Assembly: GCA_902492995.1 (NCBI GenBank)
Contig: CABUNR010000003.1
Span: forward strand, 3,482 to 67,481
DNA: 64,000 nucleotides
DNA from: an uncultured Bacillota bacterium
GTDB taxonomy: Bacteria > Bacillota_I > Bacilli_A > RF39 > UBA660
Direction of reading: 5' to 3'
Under the pieces are notes generated by a model, which saw nothing but the letters and a program-made list of their open reading frames with translations, did not search any database and had not been told where the DNA came from. Shown here in pieces: positions 36,297-46,397 of this stretch (position 1 is its first letter; each line of letters begins with the position of its first letter). Position numbers and translations under genes: made by a program.

Positions 36297-37033
36297 TAGT
36301 ACATTCCTCCATCTATTCTTATTACTTGATTATTTATATATTCTGCTTTTTCACTTATTAAAAATTCTACTAAATATGCAATTTCTATAGGATAACCAAA
36401 TCTATTTTTAAATACTTTCTCTTTTTCACTTTCTATATATTCTAAATCTAAATCTTTCATATCTTTTTTAGTTTGTATCCAGCCTGGGGCAATAGCATTT
36501 ACATTAACAATTGGTTTAAATTCTAAAGATAGGTTATGTGTAAGTGATATTAAGGCTGCTTTTGATGCATCGTAATCTAGACACATTGGATAATATGTAT
36601 CTATTCCATTAGTGCTTGCTATATTAATAATTTTTCCATAATTATTTTTTACCATTTCACTGCCTATTTTTTTACTTAGTAAAAATGGCGCAATTAAATT
36701 TACATCTAATATTTCTCTAAATTCAGAAGAGTTTTTTTCACTAAATATGTTTGGTTTATCTAATGCAGCATTATTTATTAAAATATCTATTTTTTTAAAC
36801 TTATTTAACGATTTTTCTATTAAATTATTTATATCTTCATCTTTTGTTAAATCAGCTTTTATTAAAAGCGTATCTACATCATATTTTTCTTTTATCTTTT
36901 TTTCTAATTCTAATGCACTTTCATAATTATTATTATAATGAATTATAATGTTTATATCATTACTTGCAAGTACATTTGAAATTGATATTCCAACCTCACT
37001 ACTAGCTCCTGTTATTAATGCTGTTTTTCTCAT
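36296..37033 (-). CDS. SDR family oxidoreductase
   Basis: TALITGASSEVGISI (TGxxxGxG), NNAA, and the catalytic YDASKAA. The start was set at MRKTAL with AAAGGAGA upstream. The stop and start abut the downstream gene. Confidence 0.8.
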   Translation of the reverse strand: MRKTALITGASSEVGISISNVLASNDINIIIHYNNNYESALELEKKIKEKYDVDTLLIKADLTKDEDINNLIEKSLNKFKKIDILINNAALDKPNIFSEKNSSEFREILDVNLIAPFLLSKKIGSEMVKNNYGKIINIASTNGIDTYYPMCLDYDASKAALISLTHNLSLEFKPIVNVNAIAPGWIQTKKDMKDLDLEYIESEKEKVFKNRFGYPIEIAYLVEFLISEKAEYINNQVIRIDGGMY

Positions 37034-37192
37034 AATTTTCTCCTTTATATATAAAAAAATAGCACTCAATCTTTAATAGATTAAGTACTTAACCTGTTTT
37101 TTTAAGTACTCAACTTTACAAAGTCAAGTATTTTAATTGAATACTCATCCACATACATATTAACATAAAAAAAGACTTATATCAAGTCATTT

Positions 37193-37750
37193 TTATGCAC
37201 GTGATGAATATTTTCCATCAGCTGTTGTTACTAATATTTTTTCACCTTGTTCTATAAATAAAGGTACTTTAACAAGTAAACCTGTTTCTACATAAGCATC
37301 CTTAAGTGCATTATTTGTTGTATTTCCTTTTACAGCTGGTTCAGTTTCTGTTACTGTAAATTCAATTTTGTCTGGAAGTACTAATCCTAGTAATTCTCCT
37401 TCAAATTGAACTACATCTACTAATCCATTTTCAATTAAATAGTATTTGTCATCACCTATTTGAGATGCTGATAATTCAAGTTGTTCATATGTTTGCATAT
37501 TCATAAAATAATATGTATCACCTGTATTATATAAATATTGTACATTTGATCTTGTAATATTTGCTTTTTCAAATTTAACATTTGTATTAAATGTTCTCTC
37601 TACAATTCCACCTGTTCTCATATTTTTTAATTTAGTTTTCATGAAAGCTGATCCTTTTCCAGGTTTTACATGTAAAAATTCAACAACTTGATAAATATTT
37701 CCTTCTATCATAAGTGTCATTCCATTTTTAATATCATTTACATTTATCAT
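37193..37750 (-). CDS. efp: elongation factor P
   Basis: NDIKNGMTLMIEGNIYQVVEFLHVKPGKGSAFMKTKLKN (conserved KPGKG loop). 185 aa. Confidence 0.9.
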   Translation of the reverse strand: MINVNDIKNGMTLMIEGNIYQVVEFLHVKPGKGSAFMKTKLKNMRTGGIVERTFNTNVKFEKANITRSNVQYLYNTGDTYYFMNMQTYEQLELSASQIGDDKYYLIENGLVDVVQFEGELLGLVLPDKIEFTVTETEPAVKGNTTNNALKDAYVETGLLVKVPLFIEQGEKILVTTADGKYSSRA

Positions 37751-37785
37751 AATAATCTCCTTTTATCAAAAAATAAGGTTTAACC

Positions 37786-37941
37786 TTATTTAGTTCTTCT
37801 TCTATAATTTTTATTTATAGTTTTTGTTTTAGTTTTTAATTTATAATTTTTTTCTACTGGAACTTTTCCAATAACTTGATTAGATTGTGCTTTTATTAAA
37901 GCTGCATAATCAATTGTTGTATGTATATTTGGTATCCCCAT
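37786..37941 (-). CDS. hypothetical 51-aa basic protein downstream of rpmG
   Basis: My own translation gives MGIPNIHTTIDYAALIKAQSNQVIGKVPVEKNYKLKTKTKTINKNYRRRTK. TGAGGA lies upstream. There is no TM, so it is not SecE. It may not be real. Confidence 0.25.
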   Translation of the reverse strand: MGIPNIHTTIDYAALIKAQSNQVIGKVPVEKNYKLKTKTKTINKNYRRRTK

Positions 37942-37953
37942 ATTTAATCCTCA

Positions 37954-38121
37954 CTATTTTTCTTCTTTATGAGCAGTATGTTGTCTACATCTTGGACAAT
38001 ACTTATTTAATTCTAAACGTTCTGTTGTATTTTTTTTGTTCTTTGGTGTACGATAATTTTTTTCATTACATACAGTACATTTTAAAGTAACTAATTCTCT
38101 ATTTTCACCTTTTTTAGCCAT
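37954..38121 (-). CDS. rpmG: 50S ribosomal protein L33
   Basis: My own translation (below the track cutoff) gives [55 protein letters not shown]. It has CxxC...CxxC and a strong RBS, AAGGAGGAGG. Confidence 0.85.
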   Translation of the reverse strand: MAKKGENRELVTLKCTVCNEKNYRTPKNKKNTTERLELNKYCPRCRQHTAHKEEK

Positions 38122-38475
38122 AATTATACCTCCTCCTTGAGCACATTACCTACATTATAACATGTTTTTCTATAAATTCAAACATTTTTTTATATTTTAA
38201 ACAAATTTTATTATTTAGTTAATGTTTTTTCTTTCAAATAATTTTTTTATTTTTTATATTTAAATATGACGTAATTTTAATTTGTCTATCTATATTGCTC
38301 AATGATTTACTCTTTTCTAATTTAAAATTTATGACATTCATTATTTTTCATTATTAGAAATATTAGCATCATAATTTGAAGTTTGTGTTTTATCATCTGT
38401 TTTTATTTTTTCATCTTTTATAAGTTCTAATTTCATATATTTTTTATATTATTTAAAAAATTATCCTTACTCAAA

Positions 38476-40530
38476 CTAATTATATAATTTAAAATATGCT
38501 TCACTTACTTTTGTTGTAATTCTTCTATTAACGTTTGTTTGATAATTACTATTATTGTCATAATTATATATATCTGGAGATATAATTGCAAATGTCACAA
38601 TAGGGTCATCATATGGTGCATATGCAACAAAAGCATTACTAATTGTTTCTTTATCGACTTTTAAATCACCATCTGTATCAACAAAACTTTGACTTGTACC
38701 TGTTTTTCCTGCTGGTTTGTATTTTAAATTAATATATCCATAACCAGTTCCACCAAGTTTTAATACTTCCTTAAATCCTTCTTTTACTCTATTTAAAAAT
38801 TTTTCTTCAGTTGTTACTTTATTTAATTCTTCATTTTTATATTCATATATCTTATTTGATAATGATTCTTTTTTTGATGAATAAACATCTTTTAATAGGT
38901 GCAACTTCATTCTTGAACCATTATTTGCAATCGTACTTATATACTGTGATAACTGAATTGGAGTATACGTATCATATTGACCTATTGAAAAGTCTAAAAG
39001 TAATCCTCCTACATCACTTTTTCCAACATTTCCTACACTTTCTCCTTTTAAATCTATTCCTGTTTTTACACCTAATCCAAATTCATTAAATGTTGTTCTA
39101 TATTTTTTAAAAGCTTCTTTATTTGCTTTTAAAGCCATATTATATTTATATTTGGTTTTAGCAACTTTTAATGCTGTGTAGTACTGATATGTATTTGATG
39201 ATTTTTTTAGAGCAGTTATATCATTTAATGTACCAAGTGGCATCCAAGAACATTTAAGTGGCGTACTTGCAAGCTTAACACATGTATCATTTCTAACTTC
39301 ATTTATTTTAAGTGCTGAATTATTATATCCCACTATATGTGATGCGCCTTTTACAACTGAACCTGGTGTAATTGGAGACGTTATTACAGCTGGTGTATAA
39401 TCATATATTTTATAATCTTTATCTGTTTCTATTACTTGTTTTCCTGCCATTGCTAGAATTTCTCCCGTTTTTGGATTCGTTACAATAACAAATGATCTAT
39501 TATAATATTCTGTATTTTTTTCTTTTTTTGCTTTAATTATTTCCTCTTCTAATATTTTTTCTATTTCGCGTTGTAGTTCTATATCTATTGTAAGTACTAT
39601 ATCATTTCCTCTTGTTCCATATTTTTTTAGCGTTTTTTCTCCTTCTTCATTTATTTCATAAATGTTTTTTTCTCCTTTTAAATAATCATCATATTCATAC
39701 TCTAAATAACTTATTCCTACCTTATCATCTAAATTGTATCCTTTTTTTATATAATAATTTTTTAAATCGCTTGGTATATTATTTGAAACAGTTCCTAGTA
39801 TTGATTTAAATGTATTATCATATAAGTATAATCTTTCCCAATCTAGTCTAATATTTATACCATTTAATTTACTTATATTAGCCGCAATTGTTGCATATTC
39901 TTTTTCTGTAACATCGCGATCTTTTATTATCTTTTCTTCATAACTATATCCTTTATTCATTAAGTAATATATATAAGCTGCTTTTTTATCTTTTTCACTA
40001 AATTTATTTATTTCTTCTTCTGGTACTCTTTCATATTTTAATTTTACTATATCTTCTTTTGTTATTTTTCGATATTCTAGTAATTCTAGTTCTTTTTCTG
40101 TTATTAATTTTTCTGATTCTTCTTTATGTTTTTTTAACCAAAATGTCTTATACATTTTATTTGTTGCTTTATTTTCTATTTCTATCATATCAGCCAATTT
40201 ATATGCAAGTGATATTTCTTCTTCTACTTTCAAATTATTTTTTACATAATATATTATTCTTTTGGGTTTATTATCAACTATCAATTTATGATTTCTATCA
40301 TATATTCTTCCTCTTGGAGCTGTTTTCCCTTCTATCTTTTTTTCTGTTAATTCTTTTAATTTTTCTACATAATAATCTTTTTTTACTATTTGAATATAAA
40401 ATAGTTTTATAAATAAAATTATAAATGCTAATGTTACTATTAATATTAATATATTGTATCTTTTTTCTATTATTTCTTTTATATCATTATATTTTTTGTA
40501 ATAATTATATTTTATTTTTTTCTTTTTCAT
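38476..40530 (-). CDS. class B penicillin-binding protein (PBP2-type transpeptidase)
   Basis: N-terminal TM, a PBP dimerisation domain, and the motifs SVVK, SSN and KTGT. Confidence 0.85.
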   Translation of the reverse strand: MKKKKIKYNYYKKYNDIKEIIEKRYNILILIVTLAFIILFIKLFYIQIVKKDYYVEKLKELTEKKIEGKTAPRGRIYDRNHKLIVDNKPKRIIYYVKNNLKVEEEISLAYKLADMIEIENKATNKMYKTFWLKKHKEESEKLITEKELELLEYRKITKEDIVKLKYERVPEEEINKFSEKDKKAAYIYYLMNKGYSYEEKIIKDRDVTEKEYATIAANISKLNGINIRLDWERLYLYDNTFKSILGTVSNNIPSDLKNYYIKKGYNLDDKVGISYLEYEYDDYLKGEKNIYEINEEGEKTLKKYGTRGNDIVLTIDIELQREIEKILEEEIIKAKKEKNTEYYNRSFVIVTNPKTGEILAMAGKQVIETDKDYKIYDYTPAVITSPITPGSVVKGASHIVGYNNSALKINEVRNDTCVKLASTPLKCSWMPLGTLNDITALKKSSNTYQYYTALKVAKTKYKYNMALKANKEAFKKYRTTFNEFGLGVKTGIDLKGESVGNVGKSDVGGLLLDFSIGQYDTYTPIQLSQYISTIANNGSRMKLHLLKDVYSSKKESLSNKIYEYKNEELNKVTTEEKFLNRVKEGFKEVLKLGGTGYGYINLKYKPAGKTGTSQSFVDTDGDLKVDKETISNAFVAYAPYDDPIVTFAIISPDIYNYDNNSNYQTNVNRRITTKVSEAYFKLYN

Positions 40531-41116
40531 ATAATTTATTTATCTTTTTAAAATCAATAATATGAAAAAACGAATCAATATATTTTTCTTTATTATTTTG
40601 ATAATCTAGATAATATGCATGTTCATACATATCTAGTGCTATTATAGGTATCATACCGTATAAATATGGGCTTTCTTCATTACTCATATTTATTATTTGT
40701 AATTCTTTATTTTTATTTATTACTAAATAGGTATATCCTGATCCTTTTAAGTTTAAAGCCATTTTTTTAAATTCTTGAGCAAAATTTTCATATGTTCCAT
40801 ACTTTTTTTCTATTTCTTTTTTTATCTCTAGAATAGGTTTATTATTACCTAAATTACTTACACTATTAAAATATAGTTCATGATTTACTACTCCACCTAA
40901 ATTATATATTATATCATCTCTATTTGCTATATTAAATAAATCTATATGTTTAAATAAATCTTCTTTATCATACTTATAGTTATAATTTTCCTTATTTAAA
41001 ATATCATTTAAATTTTTTAAATATTTTAAATAATAGTTATTGTAGTGAATATATAATGTTCTATCACTAATATATGGTTCTAAAGTACTATAGTCTAATT
41101 CTTTTTTTTGATACAT
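40505..41116 (-). CDS. sodA: Fe/Mn superoxide dismutase family protein (divergent N-terminal helix)
   Basis: LEPYISDRTLYIHYNNYY (the first His ligand is kept but the HHxKHH run is degenerate), VNHELYF, and DMYEHAYYLDYQN. It overlaps the PBP2 start by 26 nt. Confidence 0.75.
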   Translation of the reverse strand: MYQKKELDYSTLEPYISDRTLYIHYNNYYLKYLKNLNDILNKENYNYKYDKEDLFKHIDLFNIANRDDIIYNLGGVVNHELYFNSVSNLGNNKPILEIKKEIEKKYGTYENFAQEFKKMALNLKGSGYTYLVINKNKELQIINMSNEESPYLYGMIPIIALDMYEHAYYLDYQNNKEKYIDSFFHIIDFKKINKLYEKEKNKI

Positions 41117-41197
41117 ATTATTCCCCCTATACTTAATATTATTAAAATTTAACTACATTATTCTAAGACTTTTTCATATATTATTATGAGGTGTCTT

Positions 41198-41461
41198 ATG
41201 ATTTATAGATTAATTGAAAAAAAAATTAAATCTTTAACAAAAGAAGATATAATTAACTACGCTAATAGTGAAAATGTTAAACTTGATAATAATGAAGTAA
41301 ATATCATTTATGATACAATTAAAAGTGATTATAAAATTTTATTGCATGGTGATAGTGAACTTATTTTTAATAATATAAAAAGTAGGATTAATCCTACTGC
41401 TTATAAAAAAATTTATGAATTATATAATTTTTATAAAAATAAATATAAAAACTATCTATAA
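41198..41461 (+). CDS. DUF2624-like small protein
   Basis: KIKSLTKEDIINYANSENVKLDNNEVNIIYDTIK resembles the DUF2624 pattern as I remember it. The start was set 6 nt after TGAGGTG. Confidence 0.4.
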   Translation: MIYRLIEKKIKSLTKEDIINYANSENVKLDNNEVNIIYDTIKSDYKILLHGDSELIFNNIKSRINPTAYKKIYELYNFYKNKYKNYL

Positions 41462-41485
41462 TTATTATGCTTAATTTTAAATTTT

Positions 41486-42391
41486 TTAAACATAATAATT
41501 TCTAACATCTTCTATTAAATTTTTATTAAATTTTTTATTTTTTATCATATCTATTTCAAATTTATATGGTGGATATGATTTTTTATTTGTATTTAAATCT
41601 GTTATATATGGTGTTTCTAAAATTTTAGGAATATTTTTTAATTTTGGATTATATATTACTTTTAATAAATTTTCAAAACCAATTGTTCCAAATCCAATAT
41701 TTTCATGTCTATCTTTATGACTTCCTTTTATATTTTTACTATCATTTATATGAATACATGAAAGTTTTTCTAAGCCGATTATGTTATCAAATTCTTCTAA
41801 TACTTTATCAAAATCTTCTAGATCATATCCTGCATCATTAATGTGGCATGTATCTAGGCATACCTTTATTTTTTCACTATATTCTACACCATCAATTATT
41901 TGTTTTAATTGTTCAAAACTAATTCCAAGTTCTGTCCCTTTTCCTGCCATTGTTTCAAGACATATATCTACATTAGTATCACTAAATATTGACATATTTA
42001 AAACATCTATTATATTTTTTATTCCTTGTTCTATTCCTAAACCTACATGACTTCCTGGATGAAGTACTATTTTAGTAACACCTAAATTTTGTACTCTTTC
42101 AATTTCTTGTCTTAAAAATTCGCTTGAAAATTCTCTGTTTACATAATTAGCAGGATTTATTATATATGGTGCATGTACAACTACATTTCTTAAATCAATA
42201 TTATTTTCTTTCATAATTTTTAAGGCTTCATATGTTTTCATATCATCTAATGGTACTCTTTTAGTATTTTGAGGAGCTCCTGTATAAAACATAAATGTAT
42301 TTGCTCCATAGCTTATTGCTTCTTTTACACTTCCAATTAATTGATCACTGCTTTTAAAAGAAACATGTGATCCTATTATAAGTTCATTCAT
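41486..42391 (-). CDS. nfo: endonuclease IV (deoxyribonuclease IV)
   Basis: IGSHVS, HAPYIINPA, LHPGSH, CLETM, CLDTCH and HINDS form the Nfo metal-ligand pattern. Its ATG overlaps the upstream gene's TGA (ATGA). Confidence 0.85.
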   Translation of the reverse strand: MNELIIGSHVSFKSSDQLIGSVKEAISYGANTFMFYTGAPQNTKRVPLDDMKTYEALKIMKENNIDLRNVVVHAPYIINPANYVNREFSSEFLRQEIERVQNLGVTKIVLHPGSHVGLGIEQGIKNIIDVLNMSIFSDTNVDICLETMAGKGTELGISFEQLKQIIDGVEYSEKIKVCLDTCHINDAGYDLEDFDKVLEEFDNIIGLEKLSCIHINDSKNIKGSHKDRHENIGFGTIGFENLLKVIYNPKLKNIPKILETPYITDLNTNKKSYPPYKFEIDMIKNKKFNKNLIEDVRNYYV

Positions 42392-43161
42392 TTTATCACC
42401 TTTGCTTTGTTCCATGAATTGTATAATTCATCTAATTTTATCTTTAATTCTGTATTAATAAGACTTGCTCTTAATTTTTCAAATTCAATAACATTTAAAA
42501 ATTTTTCATTATATTCTTCTTCTGTTTTTAAATCACTTTTTAATACAACATATCCTAATTTTATTAATTTATAAAATCCTCTTTTTTTATTTTTTGATAA
42601 ACCATTTTTTATATAATCATATAAAAAGGGGTTGTTTTTAAGTGATTCATTATATAATTTAGTAAAACTTTCTTTAGAAATATTTTTTTCTTTTAATATT
42701 TCATCAATAGTTAAATTTTTTTCTTGCATTTCATCTATTAAGTCAATAATATCTATAACTTTTAGACAATTTAAATTCATATTTTCTAATATATAGCTTT
42801 TTATATCTTTATTTATAAATTTATTTCCTAATATAATTTTATATGAATTATCATTATCTAGATTATATTTTTCTAAAATTTGATTTTTTTCTTTTGAATT
42901 TCTTACTAATTCATTATGTATTTCAATCCATTTTTCTCTTTCATTTTTTTGATATATCTTAAAAAATTCGTCAAATTTATTTTGATTTTCTATACTTAAG
43001 TATTGTTTTAAAGAAATAAATTGATCTACTTCACTTATTGTAAAGTTCACATTATTTATAATTCTTATGAATGTTTTTTTATTAAGTAATAGATAATCTA
43101 TAAAATCTTTAATATTTTGTTTTTCAGGTGGAGATATTTTTATATAATTTTTAAAATACAT
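42388..43161 (-). CDS. hypothetical protein. The frame stays open for 98 further codons upstream with no start codon, so this is probably the distal part of a gene joined to 43425-44141
   Basis: The track ORF starts at 43161, but the same frame is stop-free up to 43455 and contains no ATG, GTG or TTG there. I recognise no motif. Confidence 0.5.
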   Translation of the reverse strand: MYFKNYIKISPPEKQNIKDFIDYLLLNKKTFIRIINNVNFTISEVDQFISLKQYLSIENQNKFDEFFKIYQKNEREKWIEIHNELVRNSKEKNQILEKYNLDNDNSYKIILGNKFINKDIKSYILENMNLNCLKVIDIIDLIDEMQEKNLTIDEILKEKNISKESFTKLYNESLKNNPFLYDYIKNGLSKNKKRGFYKLIKLGYVVLKSDLKTEEEYNEKFLNVIEFEKLRASLINTELKIKLDELYNSWNKAKVIK

Positions 43162-43424
43162 TTTATATAATTTAACAAATAAATCATTTTTTCTTAGATA
43201 TTCTAATAAAAAGGGATCTTTTATATTTCCATTCTTAGTAATTATACCAACTGGTATATCATTATATATATCATAATCATGATATACTAAGTTTATTTCT
43301 TTATCATTGTATAATTTTATTTTTTCACTTTTATTTTTTATTGACTTTGCTATTAATTTAAATTGATCATCTAAATAAAATAATCTTGGATAATTTTTAT
43401 ATAATTTTAAACAATATTCATTAT

Positions 43425-44141
43425 CTAATTCTTCACTATAATTTTTTTTAAATAATTATATCCTTCTTTTAAATTAATATTATAATCAATTTCAAGTAAA
43501 TACTTTTTAAATTCTTCCATATGTCTTTTTATATAATAATTATTTTCATTATCTCCATATAAACTAGTAATATCATCTTTATCATTACACATATTCATTC
43601 TATATCTAAGTTCAACATTTTTATCAAAATTAAATCCATCATTTTGATAAATATTTAAATAATATAGAAGTTGTTCATAACCTCTATTGGTTGTATTACT
43701 TAAGATATTTTCATTTTGAAGAAACATTTCTATAGGAATCAAAAGAAAGTTTATATTAAAATTTTTATATTCTTTTTTTAAATATTCAAAATCTTTACTT
43801 TTTAAGGCTTCAAAATATTTAATAGTATAAATTTTTTGATATATTTCTTGATTTGAAATTATATAGTTAGTCCATCCATTTAATAATCGATATAAATTTT
43901 TAAGTATAATTAAATGGGGGTTACCTTTAGGTTTTTCTCCAAGGAAAAATGTTCCATATTCACATTTTAAATAATAATTAAGTCCAATCTTTTCTATTTG
44001 TATATTTATTTTTTGATTTAAATATCTTTCAATTTCTTCAGTATACTCTTGTCTATAATTTGTATAATCTTCATCATTATATATAAAATCTTTTAAACTC
44101 CCTTCTTCTAGGGAAAAAGTATTTGGTACTTCCATTGACAT
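43425..44141 (-). CDS. hypothetical protein, probably the proximal part of a frameshift-split gene
   Basis: The ORF ends 18 nt after an A8 tract (minus strand; 43442-43449). A -1 shift there continues into the 42388 frame. Confidence 0.5.
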   Translation of the reverse strand: MSMEVPNTFSLEEGSLKDFIYNDEDYTNYRQEYTEEIERYLNQKINIQIEKIGLNYYLKCEYGTFFLGEKPKGNPHLIILKNLYRLLNGWTNYIISNQEIYQKIYTIKYFEALKSKDFEYLKKEYKNFNINFLLIPIEMFLQNENILSNTTNRGYEQLLYYLNIYQNDGFNFDKNVELRYRMNMCNDKDDITSLYGDNENNYYIKRHMEEFKKYLLEIDYNINLKEGYNYLKKIIVKN

Positions 44142-44189
44142 ATAACCACCAATTTAATTATAGCATGCATATTTTAAAAAGTAAATTTT

Positions 44190-44831
44190 TTAAATAAGGT
44201 CTTTTTTCTTTATTATATATGTTTTTTCTTTTGTATAAAAAGCATAAAATACATCTTCTAATTCTAAGTTATTTTTTTCTAACATTTTATATACCCATAA
44301 TGTATCTTTTTTTATTTCTTTTAATACATCATAATCAATTGTGCCATCTAAGATGATTGGAAGTGGATAGTCTTTTGTTTTTTGAAATACGGATAATGTA
44401 CCACTATTTTCTAAAACAGCATAATCTACTTCTTCAATACTTTTTATTCCTTTTTCTCTAAGTTGTGTTATTAAGTCATCTAAGCTATATCTTAATTTAG
44501 TCATTTGATTAAAGCATACTTTTCCAGCTTTTATTATAACATTTGGTTTACCATCTATAATGTTTCTTATTTTACTACTTTTTAGTGTTATATAGCTTAA
44601 TGATACTTCTATTACTACTAATGATATTATTGGTATTAATGATACAAAAATTGAACTTTTATAGTTTTCTATACAAATGGCTGCTAATTCTGCGATTAAG
44701 ATAGTTACTATTAAATCTATTATACTTAATTCTCCTACTTCTTTTTTCCCCATTATTCTATATGCTAGTACTATTATAAAATATAAAGCTATTGTTTTTA
44801 AACACATATTTAAATACATATTATCACCCAT
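44190..44831 (-). CDS. DUF421 (YetF-like) membrane protein
   Basis: YRIMGKKEVGELSIIDLIVTILIAELAA plus a C-terminal soluble domain. This is typical of the YetF family found in spore formers. Confidence 0.65.
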   Translation of the reverse strand: MGDNMYLNMCLKTIALYFIIVLAYRIMGKKEVGELSIIDLIVTILIAELAAICIENYKSSIFVSLIPIISLVVIEVSLSYITLKSSKIRNIIDGKPNVIIKAGKVCFNQMTKLRYSLDDLITQLREKGIKSIEEVDYAVLENSGTLSVFQKTKDYPLPIILDGTIDYDVLKEIKKDTLWVYKMLEKNNLELEDVFYAFYTKEKTYIIKKKDLI

Positions 44832-44892
44832 TTTATTATGAGGTTACATATTTTTTTTTATTCAATCATATTTTTTATTAAGGAGGATTTTT

Positions 44893-45267
44893 ATGAATTA
44901 TATAAAAAATTTATCTTTAAGTATTTTATATATTATTTTATCAATTTTATTATTAACATTTATTATGACCATTTTCTCTTATTTTAATATCATTGGTGAT
45001 AAGACTATATCTATCTTTAAAATAGTTATACCTGTTATTTCTTTATTTATAGGAGGATTTTTAATCGGAAAGAAAAGTTTAAAATCTGGTTGGCTTGAAG
45101 GGTTAAAATTGAGTTTAGTTTTTTTAATAATTCTTTTATTATTTGAATATTTGGCTTTAAATCAAGTAGCTGATATTAAAAACTTAATTTTTTATTTGAT
45201 ATTATCTTCTTCTTGTATGTTAGGCTCTATGATAGGTATTAATAAAAAAAAGATAAATAAAAATTAA
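44893..45267 (+). CDS. small polytopic membrane protein (YrzE/TIGR04086-like)
   Basis: Four predicted TMs and AAGGAGG upstream. The family assignment is tentative. Confidence 0.45.
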   Translation: MNYIKNLSLSILYIILSILLLTFIMTIFSYFNIIGDKTISIFKIVIPVISLFIGGFLIGKKSLKSGWLEGLKLSLVFLIILLLFEYLALNQVADIKNLIFYLILSSSCMLGSMIGINKKKINKN

Positions 45268-45275
45268 AAAGATAA

Positions 45276-46304
45276 TTAATCAATTATCTTTTTTGTTATT
45301 TCAAATATTTTATTTTTTATATATGCTAGAATGCTTGATATAACAAATACTATCAATATTATAGGTATCATGTACTTTAAATATTCTATTGGTGTTTTTA
45401 AATAATTATCTAAAGTTTTATAAACTACTAAATCTATTATATATGAAAATAGGTATATGTCTAATGATAATTTAGAAATACTAGTAACTATTTTAATAAT
45501 TAATTTATTTTTTAAATTAACTTTATATAATAACAAGAAGAAAATAGTAGAGATTATTATTGTTTGTAAACTATTATATCCACCTATAAAGCTAGATGAA
45601 AAAGTACTATTATAATTATATATATATGAAATAATTGCTTCTAGTAATAAAATTGATATAAAAGTTATTATTCCTTTTTTCTTATCTATATCTATTTGAT
45701 ACTCATTTATATATGCTCCAATAAAATAATATATAAAAGGATATAGTTGATTCCACCAATCTGGAATCATTTCTAATCTAACTCCATCTATTTTTAAATA
45801 ATTTATAAATGGATATATAGAACACATAGAAATTAAAGTAATTATTAAAATTTGTTTTTTCTTTTTTGTATTTAGTGAATTATATAATATATTTAAAAAT
45901 GGAATCATTAAAAATAGACCAATATACATTTCTATATACCATGAATATCCACAAGCTGTAAAATTAAAAATACTTACTATCATTCTTAAAATTCTTATAT
46001 TTTCGTGTAAATAAAATTTTCTAAATAAAATACATATTATAGAAATTAAAAAATAACTATATAAAATACTTTTAATTCTTTTATAGTATTCTTTATTTAA
46101 TTTGCTGTTTCTTTTCAAATAACCTGTTAATAACATAAATAATGGTACACAAATATAAAACATCCATCTAAATAATATTGATATAAACATTCCAATTCCT
46201 GTAACTTTTGTTTCATAAAATCCATTATTTAAAAAGAAGTGAACTGATGGTACAAATAGTATTGCAAAAAAACGTATTAAATCTAAGCTTGTTAATCTTT
46301 TCAT
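45276..46304 (-). CDS. acyltransferase family 3 membrane protein
   Basis: LDLIRFFAILFVPSVHFF at the N-terminus and about 10 TMs, typical of Acyl_transf_3 O-acyltransferases. Confidence 0.7.
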   Translation of the reverse strand: MKRLTSLDLIRFFAILFVPSVHFFLNNGFYETKVTGIGMFISILFRWMFYICVPLFMLLTGYLKRNSKLNKEYYKRIKSILYSYFLISIICILFRKFYLHENIRILRMIVSIFNFTACGYSWYIEMYIGLFLMIPFLNILYNSLNTKKKKQILIITLISMCSIYPFINYLKIDGVRLEMIPDWWNQLYPFIYYFIGAYINEYQIDIDKKKGIITFISILLLEAIISYIYNYNSTFSSSFIGGYNSLQTIIISTIFFLLLYKVNLKNKLIIKIVTSISKLSLDIYLFSYIIDLVVYKTLDNYLKTPIEYLKYMIPIILIVFVISSILAYIKNKIFEITKKIID

Positions 46305-46397
46305 ATAACCACCCTTCCTTTATTTTACCACATTTTTATATATTTTTGTTATATATTTGCTTTTATATGTTATAATATCTTACTATGAGGTGTATTT

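Noticed and set aside
37786-37941. Small ORF after rpmG as secE (the common rpmG-secE-nusG order)
   Set aside because: The 51-aa product has no hydrophobic segment, and efp rather than nusG follows, so it is not SecE. It is kept only as a low-confidence hypothetical.
37887-38090. Track ORF 37887-38090 (+), 67 aa
   Set aside because: It lies opposite the rpmG (L33) gene, which has a strong RBS and the unmistakable L33 zinc-ribbon sequence. The plus-strand frame is a shadow.
38811-42050. Track ORFs 38811-39089, 39612-39809, 40059-40412, 41644-41841 and 41781-42050 (+)
   Set aside because: They lie antisense to PBP2 and nfo and are shadow frames.
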